Of a stretch of DNA of 64,000 bases, positions 21,370-33,578 are shown one piece after another. A model generated the notes under the pieces. That model was not told the origin of the DNA and searched no databases. It saw only the letters and a program-made list of their open reading frames with translations. Positions within the stretch are counted from its first letter, which is position 1; each line of letters begins with the position of its first letter. This stretch comes from Laetmonice hystrix (lineage: Eukaryota), in assembly GCA_965235115.1 (NCBI GenBank), contig OZ249446.1, positions 28,086,001-28,150,000 of the forward strand. Reading direction: 5' to 3'. A program made the translations under genes and the position numbers.

Positions 21370-21879
21370 ACCTATCAAATATGGAATAGGCCTATTAAAT
21401 GACAAATGCCTAGGTCTAAGCATAAACTAATAGAGCCTATGTCACGAAAGAGAATTACATGCTGTTTGCTCCACCAATGATATTGGGTTGTCTAGAATGA
21501 GGGTTGGGGTAAAAGGCCCACTGGTGGGCCTTTTACCCCAAGAGTGGGGGGCCTTTTACCCCGGCGGCCATATTGTTTTCAAAACCATGACGCGCCTCCC
21601 GCCCTACCAACGGTGTGAATAAAACATTTTGTTGTGTAAACTAGCATGGATAGCAACCTTTAAACACGACAGGAAGATTCTAGCTGCTCTTAATTTTCGC
21701 TAGGATCTCAAGAAACTTTATGTATACTTACATGAAATTGCAAAAATATCGAAAAAGCGTGCTGCTTACTGTCACTACCGCGACACGTCACAAACTGTTG
21801 TTGTTGTTCGTTCCCGATAGATGTCGCTTTGACCTAACTGTTTGCAATTTGGCGGGAACGCGCTTGTTCAGGATATACA

Positions 21880-24420
21880 GGCAGGGGCGCCGCTGCCGGG
21901 GGGGGGGGACATGCCCCCCCCCCACTTTTGCTGGCGACCTAAAAGGGTCAAAGGCTCCTTGAAGTTGAAGCTAGGCCTAATAGATCTACAGATCTTCTTA
22001 TACTCCCTATGCCTGCTTTTTAAGGTCAATGGCCCATGGGAGGCAAATTTAAGATAGATTTTGATCATTTTCAATCTTGGCTTTCGCCTATATAGGCCTA
22101 TAGGCCTATGTGTTCAGGAGATAGGTCTATGCTTTGCTCTTCTATAATTAATATAGGTCTAACCGCGGCCCAGGCCCCCTGCAGCTTCCCTGTGTACCTC
22201 AGTCCTACCACACTGGCGGATCCAGGGGAGGGGGTCACATAGGGTCTGGACCCCCCTAACGTTTCATGGCGCCCCTCCTGCCGTTAATGGCGCCTCACGC
22301 GCATTGTAGGGCTACATAAGACTTTTGACATCATTGGTCTTTAAATAGCTTATTTTGTGCTCCAAAATGCATCAGATTTCACTAAATTACACCTTGAATT
22401 TGAAAATTTTCCGGGGGGGCATGCCCCCGGACCCCTTAGCAACGCTTTGTGTCTTCGGTGCTCGTACAGTCACTCCGGTTGCGCCCCTAAAAACGTTGGA
22501 CCCCCCCCCCCTACTTGAAAAAGCTGGATCCGCCCCTGTACCGTCTCTTGCTAGCTCATAGATCTGAATATTCAGGTCTATGTTTAGCGCTAGGAAATCT
22601 AGGCCACGCTTTAATTATTGTCTGACAGCGTTAGGCCTGCGGCCGTCAACATCCCCCCCCCCCCCATGTTGGGCCTTCCTATTTGATTTTGAAGAAAAAG
22701 ACCTCATGCGTGAATGTATTCATTTATTATTAATGAGTGAGGTATACCAATTTTTTACTAGGCCTAGTGTGGTAGAGAGTGGCAAGTAGGATGGGGACGG
22801 TCTCTATTTTATTTGGTAAAAGTGTGTTTTAGGCTTAATCGTCAACTGTTTTTGCTTCTGATAAATATTGCTTGATACTGTTTCTTGTGATGTCAAGGGC
22901 CAGGTGGGGCCCACCTAAAAAACATTTTTAGCCTCGCTACGCTCGGCATGATTTCATTGTAACTGTACTAATAGTAATACATCTTCATACAAAAAAAGGA
23001 AGATCTAAGGGGGGCAAGCCCCCTGAATCTTTCACTGATTAATACATTAATTTTGAGCAAAAGGTCGGCACCGAAAGCTCTTTAGTTTGATGCTAAGAAG
23101 CCGGGAAATAGCATCTATGGCCTTTTATATTCCTAAACATTTTCAGTCGGAGCCCCCCCCCCTCTCGGCGCGGGCACCTTCTGACCCCCCCCCCTGCAAA
23201 AAAAAAATCCTGGATCCGCCCCGGGGCGGGGTGAATATACTGTTATTTTGCAATTCTTATGGTACATAAATCTGGGGGGAAAAGGTCAATCACACCAAGA
23301 GTGTCCCCCCCCACTTTGAAACAGGCAGCGGCGCCCCTGTACAGGGGGTGCGCCTCTTACCCGCAGTGGGCGTTTTACCGCACCTTACCCTACATAGCAG
23401 TGTCGTAGTCCTGAAGCTGGCAACTCAGGCAGCTGCTGCCCCCCCTCAATATTTATCAAATGACCAGAGACTCAACGTAGCCTACGTCAATGTTACGTCA
23501 CTTACCCCCCCCCCCATATTTTCTTCCTTCTATTACCACTTTACAGGGATTTTCGAGGGGCCAACTTGGAATGGTGAGGCGGGCCGTAGCTAAAAATTTC
23601 TCAGTGGGGGGGGGGGGGCAGTCATGGGTGGATCGAGGAATTTGGGAGAGGGGGCCCTCCTCCAGAAACAAATGGAAATTACAGGGCCAAATACGCGTTC
23701 TCCTGGCATGTGCGAAATAAGCAGGGGGTCGGGGGGGGGCATGGGTGGATCCAGGAATTTTGGAGAGGGCGTGTCCTCGTACAAGCGCCGAAGGCATGAG
23801 CGCGGAGTCTTGGGGCCCTCCCCCAGAAAAAAAAATTGGAAATTACAGGGCCAAATACGCGTTTTCCTGGCATCTCGGAAATAAAGCCAAGGTTTCCCAG
23901 GGGGGGAGTTGTCCCCTACCCCCCCCCCTCCCGCTAGCTTAATTGTGGAGCTTGTGGAGAATAAGGAAGCAGATATAATAATATCATAAGCATATCATGC
24001 TTACAATATTTTGTGAGTCCTAACGGTTCCAAGATCGCAATGACAGCGAGCTAACTGCATCAGTGTCAACCCCCGATGTATAGGCCTACAAAGATTCCGG
24101 CTGTAAAGGAGAGCATCTTGGACACATGGTGCACAGAATGGTGAGGTTATAGTTGTAACTTTTTCACTATGCCGAGAAAAAAAGTTCCATAGATAAGCTT
24201 AAGGAGTGAGGGGGCCAAACCTGAGGATATTTATAGGACCATTTTAGTGGGGGGGGGGGGGGGGGGGGGGGGCAAAACATACTTTGCCTCCCCCCCACAC
24301 TTTCTTTGGTGAGGGGACCATGGCCCCTGTGCCCCCCTGTTCCTACATCCCTGCTTTATAGCCATCGCCCCCCCCCCCGACACACACACACACACACCCG
24401 CACACCCCAACACACACTGC
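21880..24420. repeat. Cluster of short G/C-run-rich non-autonomous repeats
   Basis: ggcggatccag...ctggatccgcccctg ends at about 22216-22538, with an inverted relative at about 51811-52110; a local duplication at about 23620-23875. Boundaries are approximate. Confidence 0.5.
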
Positions 24421-26004
24421 CCCCCTCGGGGGGGGGGGGTCTATGGCTATCTATTACCCAAAACTGATATAGACGAGGACAATGACTTTGTCGCATTCAT
24501 TCGAATGTTAATGAGGAGTACAAAAGATTTAAATAGATCTATCGTTCAAAAATAAATCTGGACGAGGGGTGACAGTGGTTATGTATGGCCGGACAAAAAC
24601 ATGGATGCGGGGGACGAGGGCTAAATATTGCTCTGTAGGAATGTTACTTAGCGCGGCAGTTACTAACTGGGGGTTATAGGACACATGGGCGAAGGGGTTA
24701 GCCTATGGCCCACTGGAAATATACAGTGTTTTATAGACCAGGAGGACAATGGAATGTTCCTGAGGAGCGCAATAGATCGTTCAAAAAGTAATGTGGACTA
24801 GGGGACAGTCGTTAAATATGACCCTATCCAAACAAATGGGGGTTAAAGGAAATATGGACCAAGGTTGCATGGGCCCCATTCAAATATAGGCCTAGACGAC
24901 GAGGACAATCGAATGTTGACGACCAGGGCAATTACTAAATATGGAGGAGGGGGTCAGTCGTTCAATATGGCCCCACAGGAACATCTCCGCGGGGGGGGGG
25001 GGGGGGGCTATGGCTATCTATGACCCAAAAGAAATCAGGAGGACAATCGATAAATATCGTTTAAAAAGTAATATGGACGAGGGGGGGGGGCAGTCGTTGA
25101 ATATGGCCCCACAGGAATTGGAATGTTCATGAGGAGGACAGTGGATTAATATTGTTGTAAAAGTAATATGGACGAGGGGGCTGTGGTTAAATAAGGCCCG
25201 ACCGAAACATGGATGAGGGGAACAATAGCTAAATATTGCTCTGTTGGAAATTGACCAGGAGGACAATGGCCAAGTTGCATTCATTGGAATGTTCATGAGG
25301 AGGGCTATGGATAAATATAGTTCAAAACGTAATATCGCCTAGGGGGCAGTTGTTAAATATGACCCTACCGAAACATCGACGCGGGGGACTAGGCCTATGG
25401 CCAATGGAATGTTCACGACGAGGGCAATGACTAAATATGGTAACATGGAGGAAGGGGGGGGGGGCTGTCGTTGAATATGGGCCCACAGGAACATTTACGC
25501 GGGGGGAGGGGCTATGGCTATCTTTTACTCAAAATAAATATAGACCAGGAGGACAATTGCTAAGTGGCATTCATTCGAATGTTCACGAGGAGGGCAGTGG
25601 ATAAATATAGTCGTGAAAGTAATATGGACGAGGGGGCAGTCGTTAAATAAAGCCCGACAGAAACATGGATGAGGGGCACGATGGCTAAATATTACTCTGT
25701 TGAAATGTGAGAGGGGCAGTGACTCAATCGGGGTTATAGGAAAAATGCACGAAGGGGTTGTGGCTCACTGCAAATATGAACCAGGAAGACAATGGAATGT
25801 TCATGAGGAGGGCAATGACTTAATATTTTGTAAAATGTAACATGGACTAGGGGGCAGTCGTTAAATATGGCCCCACAGAAACATCGACACGGGGGGGGGG
25901 GGGGCTATGGCTATCTATGACCCAAAAGAAATATGGACCAGGAGGACAATTATTGCTAAGTAGCATTCATTTGAATGTTCATGAGGAGGGCAATAAATAA
26001 ATAT

Positions 26005-26783
26005 TGTAACGTCCCTGGCCTCGTTGCCAGGTTAGCTACTGGGCTCCCAAGTCCCTTAATATGTGACACTGGATGAAAAGAACACAAACACACATATTGG
26101 AGTTGAGAAAGAAATGGTTTTATTCAAATACGGGTAGTGATAAACCTATCCTGCCTCTGGTCTAAAATAGGGTTAGTACTTCTCGTTGTATTCCTGTCGT
26201 AAAAATGAATATAATGAATATACAAGACTCAAGTCTTGTCTGAGATCCGAATATTCCCGGCGGAGAACTAACCTAAAAGATCTAACATCTTGTTTATAAT
26301 GAATTGGATCTGAATGTTCACATTCAGCTTTTTGGCCTAAATAATCAGAAAAACCCTTACTCTGGCCTTAGGCTTATAGCCATATCTGACGAACAGACCT
26401 TACACGTATTTCCTATACGTTTCAAGCTCTGACGACAGCTTGGCATAAATTGCTGGTACAAGCATTCTAATACATGCCTATTGGCACGTCTACCGTACAT
26501 ACCTGGACTTAGAGGTAGCCATTTCAGTGGTTTCGGCTTGTAAGTTACTCAGGGCAGTATTCCGTCCCTTCTTAGCTGGAGGTTTAACGACACTCCCAGA
26601 CTTATTGCAGAGACCGGGCTTTTATATCAGAGGGATATGCATATGCATGCCAGGGGAGCCAATGAGAATACGCTGGCTGACGGCGCCACTGGGCCCTGGT
26701 CAGCTGGGGGTGCATCGCCGGGGTAGCGACGTGCTTAGTGCACATGCACTTGACACAGACGTTGGGCCAGCCCAATCGTCACA
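26005..26783 (-). repeat. Gypsy-B 3' LTR (779 bp)
   Basis: Differs from the 5' LTR by about 4 substitutions, a 3-nt indel and replacement of 42 nt by CATC at about 26713. Confidence 0.96.
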
Positions 26784-27077
26784 CACCTCCCTTTCCAAAA
26801 AGACATATGTTACACATATAACAATAGTTACTATCCTACACTAAGTTCTAGACCTACGGGTACAATAAAGGAGCAGCATGGGTTAGGGACGACCCACTGT
26901 CTTTGACGATAATCTGAAATCAAGACAAGAGTCAACAATACAAGTCAAACAAAATGATCCAGGTTCAAATTTTAATAGGCAATATGCACAGGGTGCTCCA
27001 GACAACTCTAATTAGTCCTTTAAATGTCCCGATAAATGTTCCTGTTTGGTTGAGACACAGACAGTTAAGCCTACAAG

Positions 27078-28184
27078 TTACAACATCTCGGATGCCTGTG
27101 CCTGGCTGCGACCCTGCAGGGAGAGGGACCGGACGTCGGACGTCGTAAGTGGAAACACTTGTGTTTGTGTCAGATGGGGGTACAGCACATATCCCCTGCT
27201 AATCCTGACGTTCCTGAGGTCGGCAACTATGGATGGTCGACCCGCCCTGGACTGCTCCAGTTCGTTGTTCCTTTCTTGTAGCTCCCGGCTTTTCTGTTCC
27301 AGGCGTGTTATCTTCTCCTGGAGCTCTTGGACTTCCAAAGTCTTTAGCTTTCTCTTAAGATCGTCCCTCATCGTCCTCATCTCATGTTCCTTCCTCTCCA
27401 GGCCCCCTATGACGGTGGTGAGGACCCGTTGATCCTGGGTGTCAGGTTGATGTCCCTGGATGGCCTCCTCCAACTCCCTCTCTCCGGGTCTGGTTGATGG
27501 GACAAGGGGTCCGCCTTTCCACACGGTGGATCTTTGTTCCGGGGGCAGTGCTCCTGCTGGCAGCTTTGTCGGAAACTGGCACGTGGTGTGTCCGGAAAAG
27601 GGGTCACGATGTGGGGTGACTGAGCCTGTTGCCTGGTACCTCACGTTTTCCCTCAAAGAACAAAACCAAACCTTGTCCTTCAGTTCCAGGGCCCTCTTGG
27701 CTTGTGCTTCATGGGCCGTGGTGATGTGCCGTTTCAAGGAACCTCGTTCTGGTGACAGGAAGCCACAGTCCGGCACTGGACACCAGTGAAGGATTATCTC
27801 TGGTTGGTGAAGATTACGCCAATGCTTGGCGAAGGCCGCATACTGCCGACTGTCTTGGCAGAGGTTCATCTGCCGGCATACTTCCACTGGACAAGGGAAG
27901 ATAACTGGCTTCCCTGTCACGGTGCTCGGAAGTCGTTGACACTTTTGAGCAGTGCCTTTCGGGTTGGGAATGGGTACGGTAGCCTGGCACACTTTAGCAG
28001 TGCCTTTAGCTTTAAGAGGGGTGGCCTGACACGTTAAATTCGTGCCTTTATTGCCAGGGGAATGTGGTAGGGGACTCAAGGGTGGAAAAAGGGCGCCATC
28101 ATCTTCATTTAACTCATCATAATCTAATTCGACCTCCAGGGCGTCCAGTTCGGTCAGATCATGGCTAAAAAGGGAAGAGGACAT
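27078..28184 (-). CDS. Gypsy-B ORF3 (368 aa): two C2H2-like zinc fingers plus a coiled coil; not an envelope protein
   Basis: ATG lies 16 nt after the pol stop. Motifs CPVEVC...KHWRNLH and CPVPDC...KRHITTAH; heptad region LERKEHEMRTMRDDLKRKLKTLEVQELQEKITRLEQKSRELQERNNELEQ. No signal peptide or TM segment seen. Confidence 0.85.
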   Translation of the reverse strand: MSSSLFSHDLTELDALEVELDYDELNEDDGALFPPLSPLPHSPGNKGTNLTCQATPLKAKGTAKVCQATVPIPNPKGTAQKCQRLPSTVTGKPVIFPCPVEVCRQMNLCQDSRQYAAFAKHWRNLHQPEIILHWCPVPDCGFLSPERGSLKRHITTAHEAQAKRALELKDKVWFCSLRENVRYQATGSVTPHRDPFSGHTTCQFPTKLPAGALPPEQRSTVWKGGPLVPSTRPGERELEEAIQGHQPDTQDQRVLTTVIGGLERKEHEMRTMRDDLKRKLKTLEVQELQEKITRLEQKSRELQERNNELEQSRAGRPSIVADLRNVRISRGYVLYPHLTQTQVFPLTTSDVRSLSLQGRSQAQASEML

Positions 28185-28200
28185 CTTTGTTTTATTTCAG

Positions 28201-31200
28201 TTAAAGGTCCATCCGAACTGGTGGTTTCCTGACCCTGGTGCCTCGTCTTAACGTCGTGCCGTCTGTAGTGACAGTTTTTGGGTCGGAAGGAGAGGTATTA
28301 TTCCTGTTTGATTCAGGATTTAGGCTCTCCTCTGACTCACTGTCATCGGTTATTAGGAATGATGCATCATGCCTGTCAGGTGCTGACTCATTAACAGTCT
28401 CCTTAACTTCTAACCAACTTTGTGGTGCATTGATGCCTTGGTATGGTTTCAAGGCATCCACATGCACAGTGATTACTTTACTGTGCTCTGCTTGTTGGAT
28501 TTGGTAGGTGACATTAGTTAATTTCTTAACAACTAGGAATGGTCCACGCCAGCCCTTTCCCAACTTTTCCTTAGCCTGAGGGGGGTAGTAGTGCCATACC
28601 CAGTCACCTTCTTTGAATGTACCCAAACCCGAGTCTCTATCATACAGACGTTTCTGCCTTACTGCACTTTTCTGTAGAAAAATGCGTACATATGTGAACG
28701 CTTCTTCTGTGGCCCGTCGAACCCACTGCACATACTCGATAGGGCACCTAGTCTGCTTGCTATTAGGAGGCTGCCCTACCATGACATCTAATGGTACATT
28801 AGTCTCCCTACCCAACATAAGAAGGTTTGGAGTGCAGTTTGTGCTCTCGTGTACAGAGGCTCGGTATGCCATCATGACATACATAAGATGATTGTCCCAA
28901 TCATCCCGGTTCTCATTCACATACATGGCAAGCATCTGTTGGAGGGTTCTATTAAATCGTTCTACAAGGCCATCGGACTGGGGTCTGTATGAAGTCGTTC
29001 GAGTTTTGTGCACTTGCATGAGGTCACAGATCTGTTTGAATAGATCAGATTCAAAATTTCTACCCTGATCTGAATGTAATTGTCGGGGACATCCTAAACG
29101 ACAATAGCCACTTTTTCTAATGGAATGCCAACTGCTTCTTGGGTGAGTTTAGCACGCCACCTTTTTGGACGGTTTTCTACGGGCACAGATGTCACATTTC
29201 TGACACCAACTGATGATGTCTCTCTTGTAACTTGGCCAATAAAACCTTTGCCTAATGTTCTTAGTCAAGCGTGTGACCCCTAAGTGACCTGCAGTACGGC
29301 TAGAGTGGAGGGAATGCAGAACCTTCTCTCGTAGTTCTGTAGGAGCTACCAGCTGCATCACTGGAATGCTACTCCCATCGGGATACCATTCTCTGTATAA
29401 CAGTCCATCCCGTACATGGAGTACCTTCCATTGTGCCCAATAAGATTTAGTAACTGCATCATATGGGGCAACCTCAGCCCATCTTGGCTTTTCGTGAGAT
29501 TGCTCCTTCCACTTTAGTACCACCTGAATACAAGGATCGGCCTGTTGCCATTGTTTCAGCTGCGCCTGATCATACTGCAACAACCATTGGCCTTCACCAT
29601 TCTTTACATCAGATTGACCAGCCTTACTGGGTACCTGCAAGTTCTGTTTTCTAGATGAATCTTTAGTTCGTTTGCCGGCATGAACAACGTTCATCTTGTG
29701 TACAGAACAATCTGGACAGTCAACACGTCTACAACTGCGAGTTGTGGGCAATCGTGAAAGGGCATCAGCATTGGCATGTTTGGAGCCTTTACGGTGAGTA
29801 ATTTGGTAATCATATGTCTCAAGTATGGTTAACCATCTAGATGTTACCTCATCATGATTAGTAAAGTTCTTTAGCCAAACCAGAGAGGCATGGTCAGTTC
29901 GGATTATAAACTTCTGACCATATAAGTAATGCCTAAAATGCTTTACAAACTCAACTACAGCATATAGTTCTTTCTTTGTAGTGCAATAGTTCCTGCGTGA
30001 CTTATCAAGGGATTTGCTGGCATATGCAATGGCACGTTCAGTACCATCCTGTACCTGATGTAACACGGCGCCGATGCCATCATTGCTGGCGTCTGTATCT
30101 AAAATAAACGTGCCCTCTTGAGTTGGATAGGCTAACACCTCAGCTGAGATTAGGCTCTGTTTTAATTTATCGAATGCTCCTTCACACTCCTCTGTCCATT
30201 CAAATTTTACCCCTTTTCTCATCAGGTTACGTAGAGGAGCAGAAATAGTGGAAAAGTTATCTATGAACTGTCTATAATAGGAGGCGAAACCATGGAAACT
30301 ACGGACTTCTCGAGCATTACAAGGTCGAGGCCAAGTGGAGACAGCTTTGATCTTCTCAGGATCACAACTTACACCTTCTGCAGAAACGACATGACCCAGA
30401 AATTGCAACTGTCGTTTGAACAATTTGCATTTCTTGGCCTTTAGCTTAAGACCAGCATCTCTAAACCTATCAAATACCACAGAAAGGTTAGCTAGGGTAT
30501 CTTCAAATGTCTTTCCAAAACAGATTACGTCGTCCAAATATACTAGGCATAATTGCCATTGCAAGCCACGTAGTACAAGTTCTATTAGACGCTCAAATGT
30601 AGCAGGTGCGTTTGTTAAACCGAAGGGCATGACATTAAATTGAAACAAACCCTTTCTAGTCGCAAAGGCAGTTTTTTCTTTATCCGCCTTATCCATAGGG
30701 ACCTGCCAATAGCCACTGGCACAATCGATTGTACAAAACCATTCAGCGCCTGCTAATGTATCTATGGTTTCGTCGATGCGTGGTAGTGGATAAGCATCCT
30801 TTTGAGTAACCTGGTTAAGTTTCCTATAGTCGACACAAAACCTAATTGTCCCGTCCTTCTTGGTTACTAGGACGATGGGTGATGCCCAGGGACTAGTGCT
30901 AGGTTTGATAACTCCCTGCTTCAGCATCTTATCAACTTCCTCATCAGCAACACTACGGCGTTGAATCGGCAAACGCCGAACCGGTTGCTTGATAGGCCTG
31001 CTATCTCCTGTATTAATTTTATGAGTAACTAGATTAGTACCTCCTAGTTCACCACCAGGTTCAGCAAAAATGTCTGCATAAGACGAAACCAACTTATGTA
31101 CAAGTGCAGTCTGAGCTGCAGTCAAATCCCGACTACTGTCATCTACCAATGCCTGCAGATGTTCAGGTAATACTCTACCACTGGCATCTGTAGCCAATTG

Positions 31201-31989
31201 TTCCTTATCTGGAGTGCACTCCAATTCTGTGAAATGTGATATGGGTTGTAGTAATGCCACAGCTACACCTTTCTTAAGAGTTACTGGTTCATTTCGGAGA
31301 TTGATAACGGTTAAAGGTACGGTTTTATTGGCTGCATTCACTAAAGCCTTACCAAAGATCACGCCTGACCTATGAGTTATGGATGCCAATCCTTCTACAG
31401 CTCCTAACCCTCGAGGTATTGGCTTCCTAGAATGTTTAGCCTGAGCAATGCCTTCTACCATCATCTGACTGTCAGCTGGTATATGTATGGTGTTAGCTAA
31501 ATGTACCCTGCAACAACCTTCATTGTCCTCCCTTTGCAATTGAATCTTTTGAGATCCTATCTCTAAGATACCTTTAGAGAAATCAAGCTTTGGTTGAAGC
31601 ATGTCAATGAAATCTAATCCAAGCAAACCTTCCAAACTTCCTAGGTTTGAAACTAATACAGGATGTTTATATGACACATTGCCAAGTCGGATTATAGCCA
31701 TGAATTCACCTAACACATCCATTGAACTTCCATCAGCTAAGGTAAAGTTCATATTACATGGATGTAGCTGTACATCAGTCATTTTGATTTTCTTGTAAAT
31801 CGACTGATTAATTATCGTGCAAGACGCGCCAGTATCAACAAGAAATTTAACTTTGTGCCCGTTCACTGGAACACTCATATACCATCCATTTTGACTGTGT
31901 ATCTGAAGCATTTGTTTCTGAATATTTGGCCCTTTAATCTGTCGACTGGCTGAGCTGACGGCCTCCAGGTCAGCCAATTTTAGTTTTCC
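28201..31989 (-). pseudogene. pol: Gypsy-B pol (PR-RT-RH-IN), disrupted in integrase
   Basis: FLVDTGAS, YLDD, LDTDASND, HHCC. A 1-nt frameshift occurs at about 29162. EKVAI is then joined directly to RLGCPRQLHSDQG at about 29101, deleting the first catalytic Asp region. pol is in the -1 frame relative to gag at GGAAAAC-TAA (31983-31989). Confidence 0.93.
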
Positions 31990-33257
31990 GAATTAGAGGC
32001 TTCAGCTTGCTCTTTATACTTTGTACAGTTTCTTTGAACATGACCTAGTTCCTTACAGTACCAGCATCTAAGATTGCGATGCCTATTGCCTAAACCAGAC
32101 CTCTGCTGTTGACTCATTGCCAGTACTGGAGGTTTCTTAGCATATGTGCTACATTCATTGACCACTTCAAAATCTACTGCTAGAGTGATGGCATCATTCA
32201 TTGTCTTTGGATGGTGGAAATGTACATGTTGCCTCATTGAGTGACTCAATCCGGTTTTAAATTGATCGAGCAACCACTCTTCTTGGGCCTCTGTGCTCTG
32301 ATTGGGAAATGCCCTTTTAACCAATCTTCTCAATTCATAACCATAGTCAATTAGTTTCTCATTTGGTTTTCTGAACCGTTTTCTGAATTCGGATTTATAC
32401 ACATCTTCCCTGCCAGATGGGTTAAACCTATGTGTTAGTGCTTCCACCATAGCAGCATAACTTAATTGTAAGGCTCTGGGCAAGTTGGTTATAGTGCTTC
32501 TAGCCTCTTTTGTCATGCTCATACCCAGTTGAATACCCTTTTCACTTTCAGACCACTCGTTCCATTGGCTTACTTTCTCAAAATAGTCTAAGTATTCCTG
32601 CAAATCACTTTCACCAGTATACATCTCAGGGTCTTTCTGACGCCTCTTGATGTGTTGCTGAGATTGTGATTGCACAGGAAAATAAGACTCAACCCTTTGT
32701 GGTTGATTCTGAATAGGTAGTAAATACGCCATTGGACTTGTGGGTTGAGTGTGGATAGGTGTTGAATACACCATTGGACCTGCTGATTGGGTGTGGATGG
32801 GTGTTGAATACACCCTTTGGCCTGTTGGTGTTTGCACACTTGTAGGATGTGCACTGTACCATCCGGCAATGGGAGGTGGTGGAGTGATCCAGGGACTGGT
32901 GTAATTAGTGGCTTGACCTGTATTAGGCATTTGACTGGGAGTTCCAGTACTACACACTGGACCTTTGTTACTGTATGTGGGCGTGGTTACTGTGTAAGTC
33001 TCATGAAGAGTGCCAGCTGAGTAACTGTACGCAGGTATGTGATTCTCGTGAATTGATTGGTAAGTGGGTACGGGTGCACTTGTTATTGGTAAAACTGTTT
33101 GTGCTCTCAACAGTGTTGAGTCTTCTAGGTCAGATTTTCTAACCACCCGTTCTTCCTTGTGCACAGTTAAAGGATCCCTGAGTGTATCGCTGTCAGTACT
33201 GTTTTATACGTGAAACCATTGTGAAACCGTTTCGTGTAATGATCTCCACCAAGACAT
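31980..33257 (-). pseudogene. gag: Gypsy-B gag with a premature stop near the N terminus
   Basis: KDPEMYTGESDLQEYLDYFE capsid-like motif; CWYCKELGHVQRNC knuckle. An in-frame ATG at 33257 (MSWWRSL...) is separated from the 394-codon ORF by one TAA at 33204-33206. Confidence 0.88.
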
Positions 33258-33381
33258 CTTGACAGTATTTTCAATTATTAAATACAGTAAATATCAATTT
33301 AATTCAAACTGATTACTCAGCTAAATATATGAACTCAGTTAAATGCAGGATAATAACAAAATAGCCTGTAAACCAATTATT

Positions 33382-33578
33382 GATCACAGTACCAATTTGT
33401 GTAATTCTCCACATTTGGGCATAGTACTAAATTGTGTTTCAGTTGTGTCTCTCCATCCAGAATTAGTCACGGTACCAAACTGTGTAATTCTTCGGAATTA
33501 CTTCAAAATTGGTCGCGGCACCAAATTGTGTAATTCTTCAGAATTACTTTAAAATGGTCACGGCACCAAATTGTGTAA
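33382..33578 (-). promoter_or_regulatory. Tandem tRNA-His-type PBS cassettes (45-nt period)
   Basis: TGGTGCCGTGACC (33556-33568), TGGTGCCGCGACC (33511-33523), TGGTACCGTGACT (33465-33477) and degenerate TGGTACTGTGATC (33382-33394). Each is preceded on the - strand by TTACA-CA(A/G)(T/A)T. Confidence 0.88.

Noticed and set aside
33382-33578. CRISPR-like repeat-spacer array (also considered for the 84-bp and 164-bp arrays)
   Set aside because: The units have no unique spacers, there are no cas genes, and the context is eukaryotic. They are plain tandem duplications.
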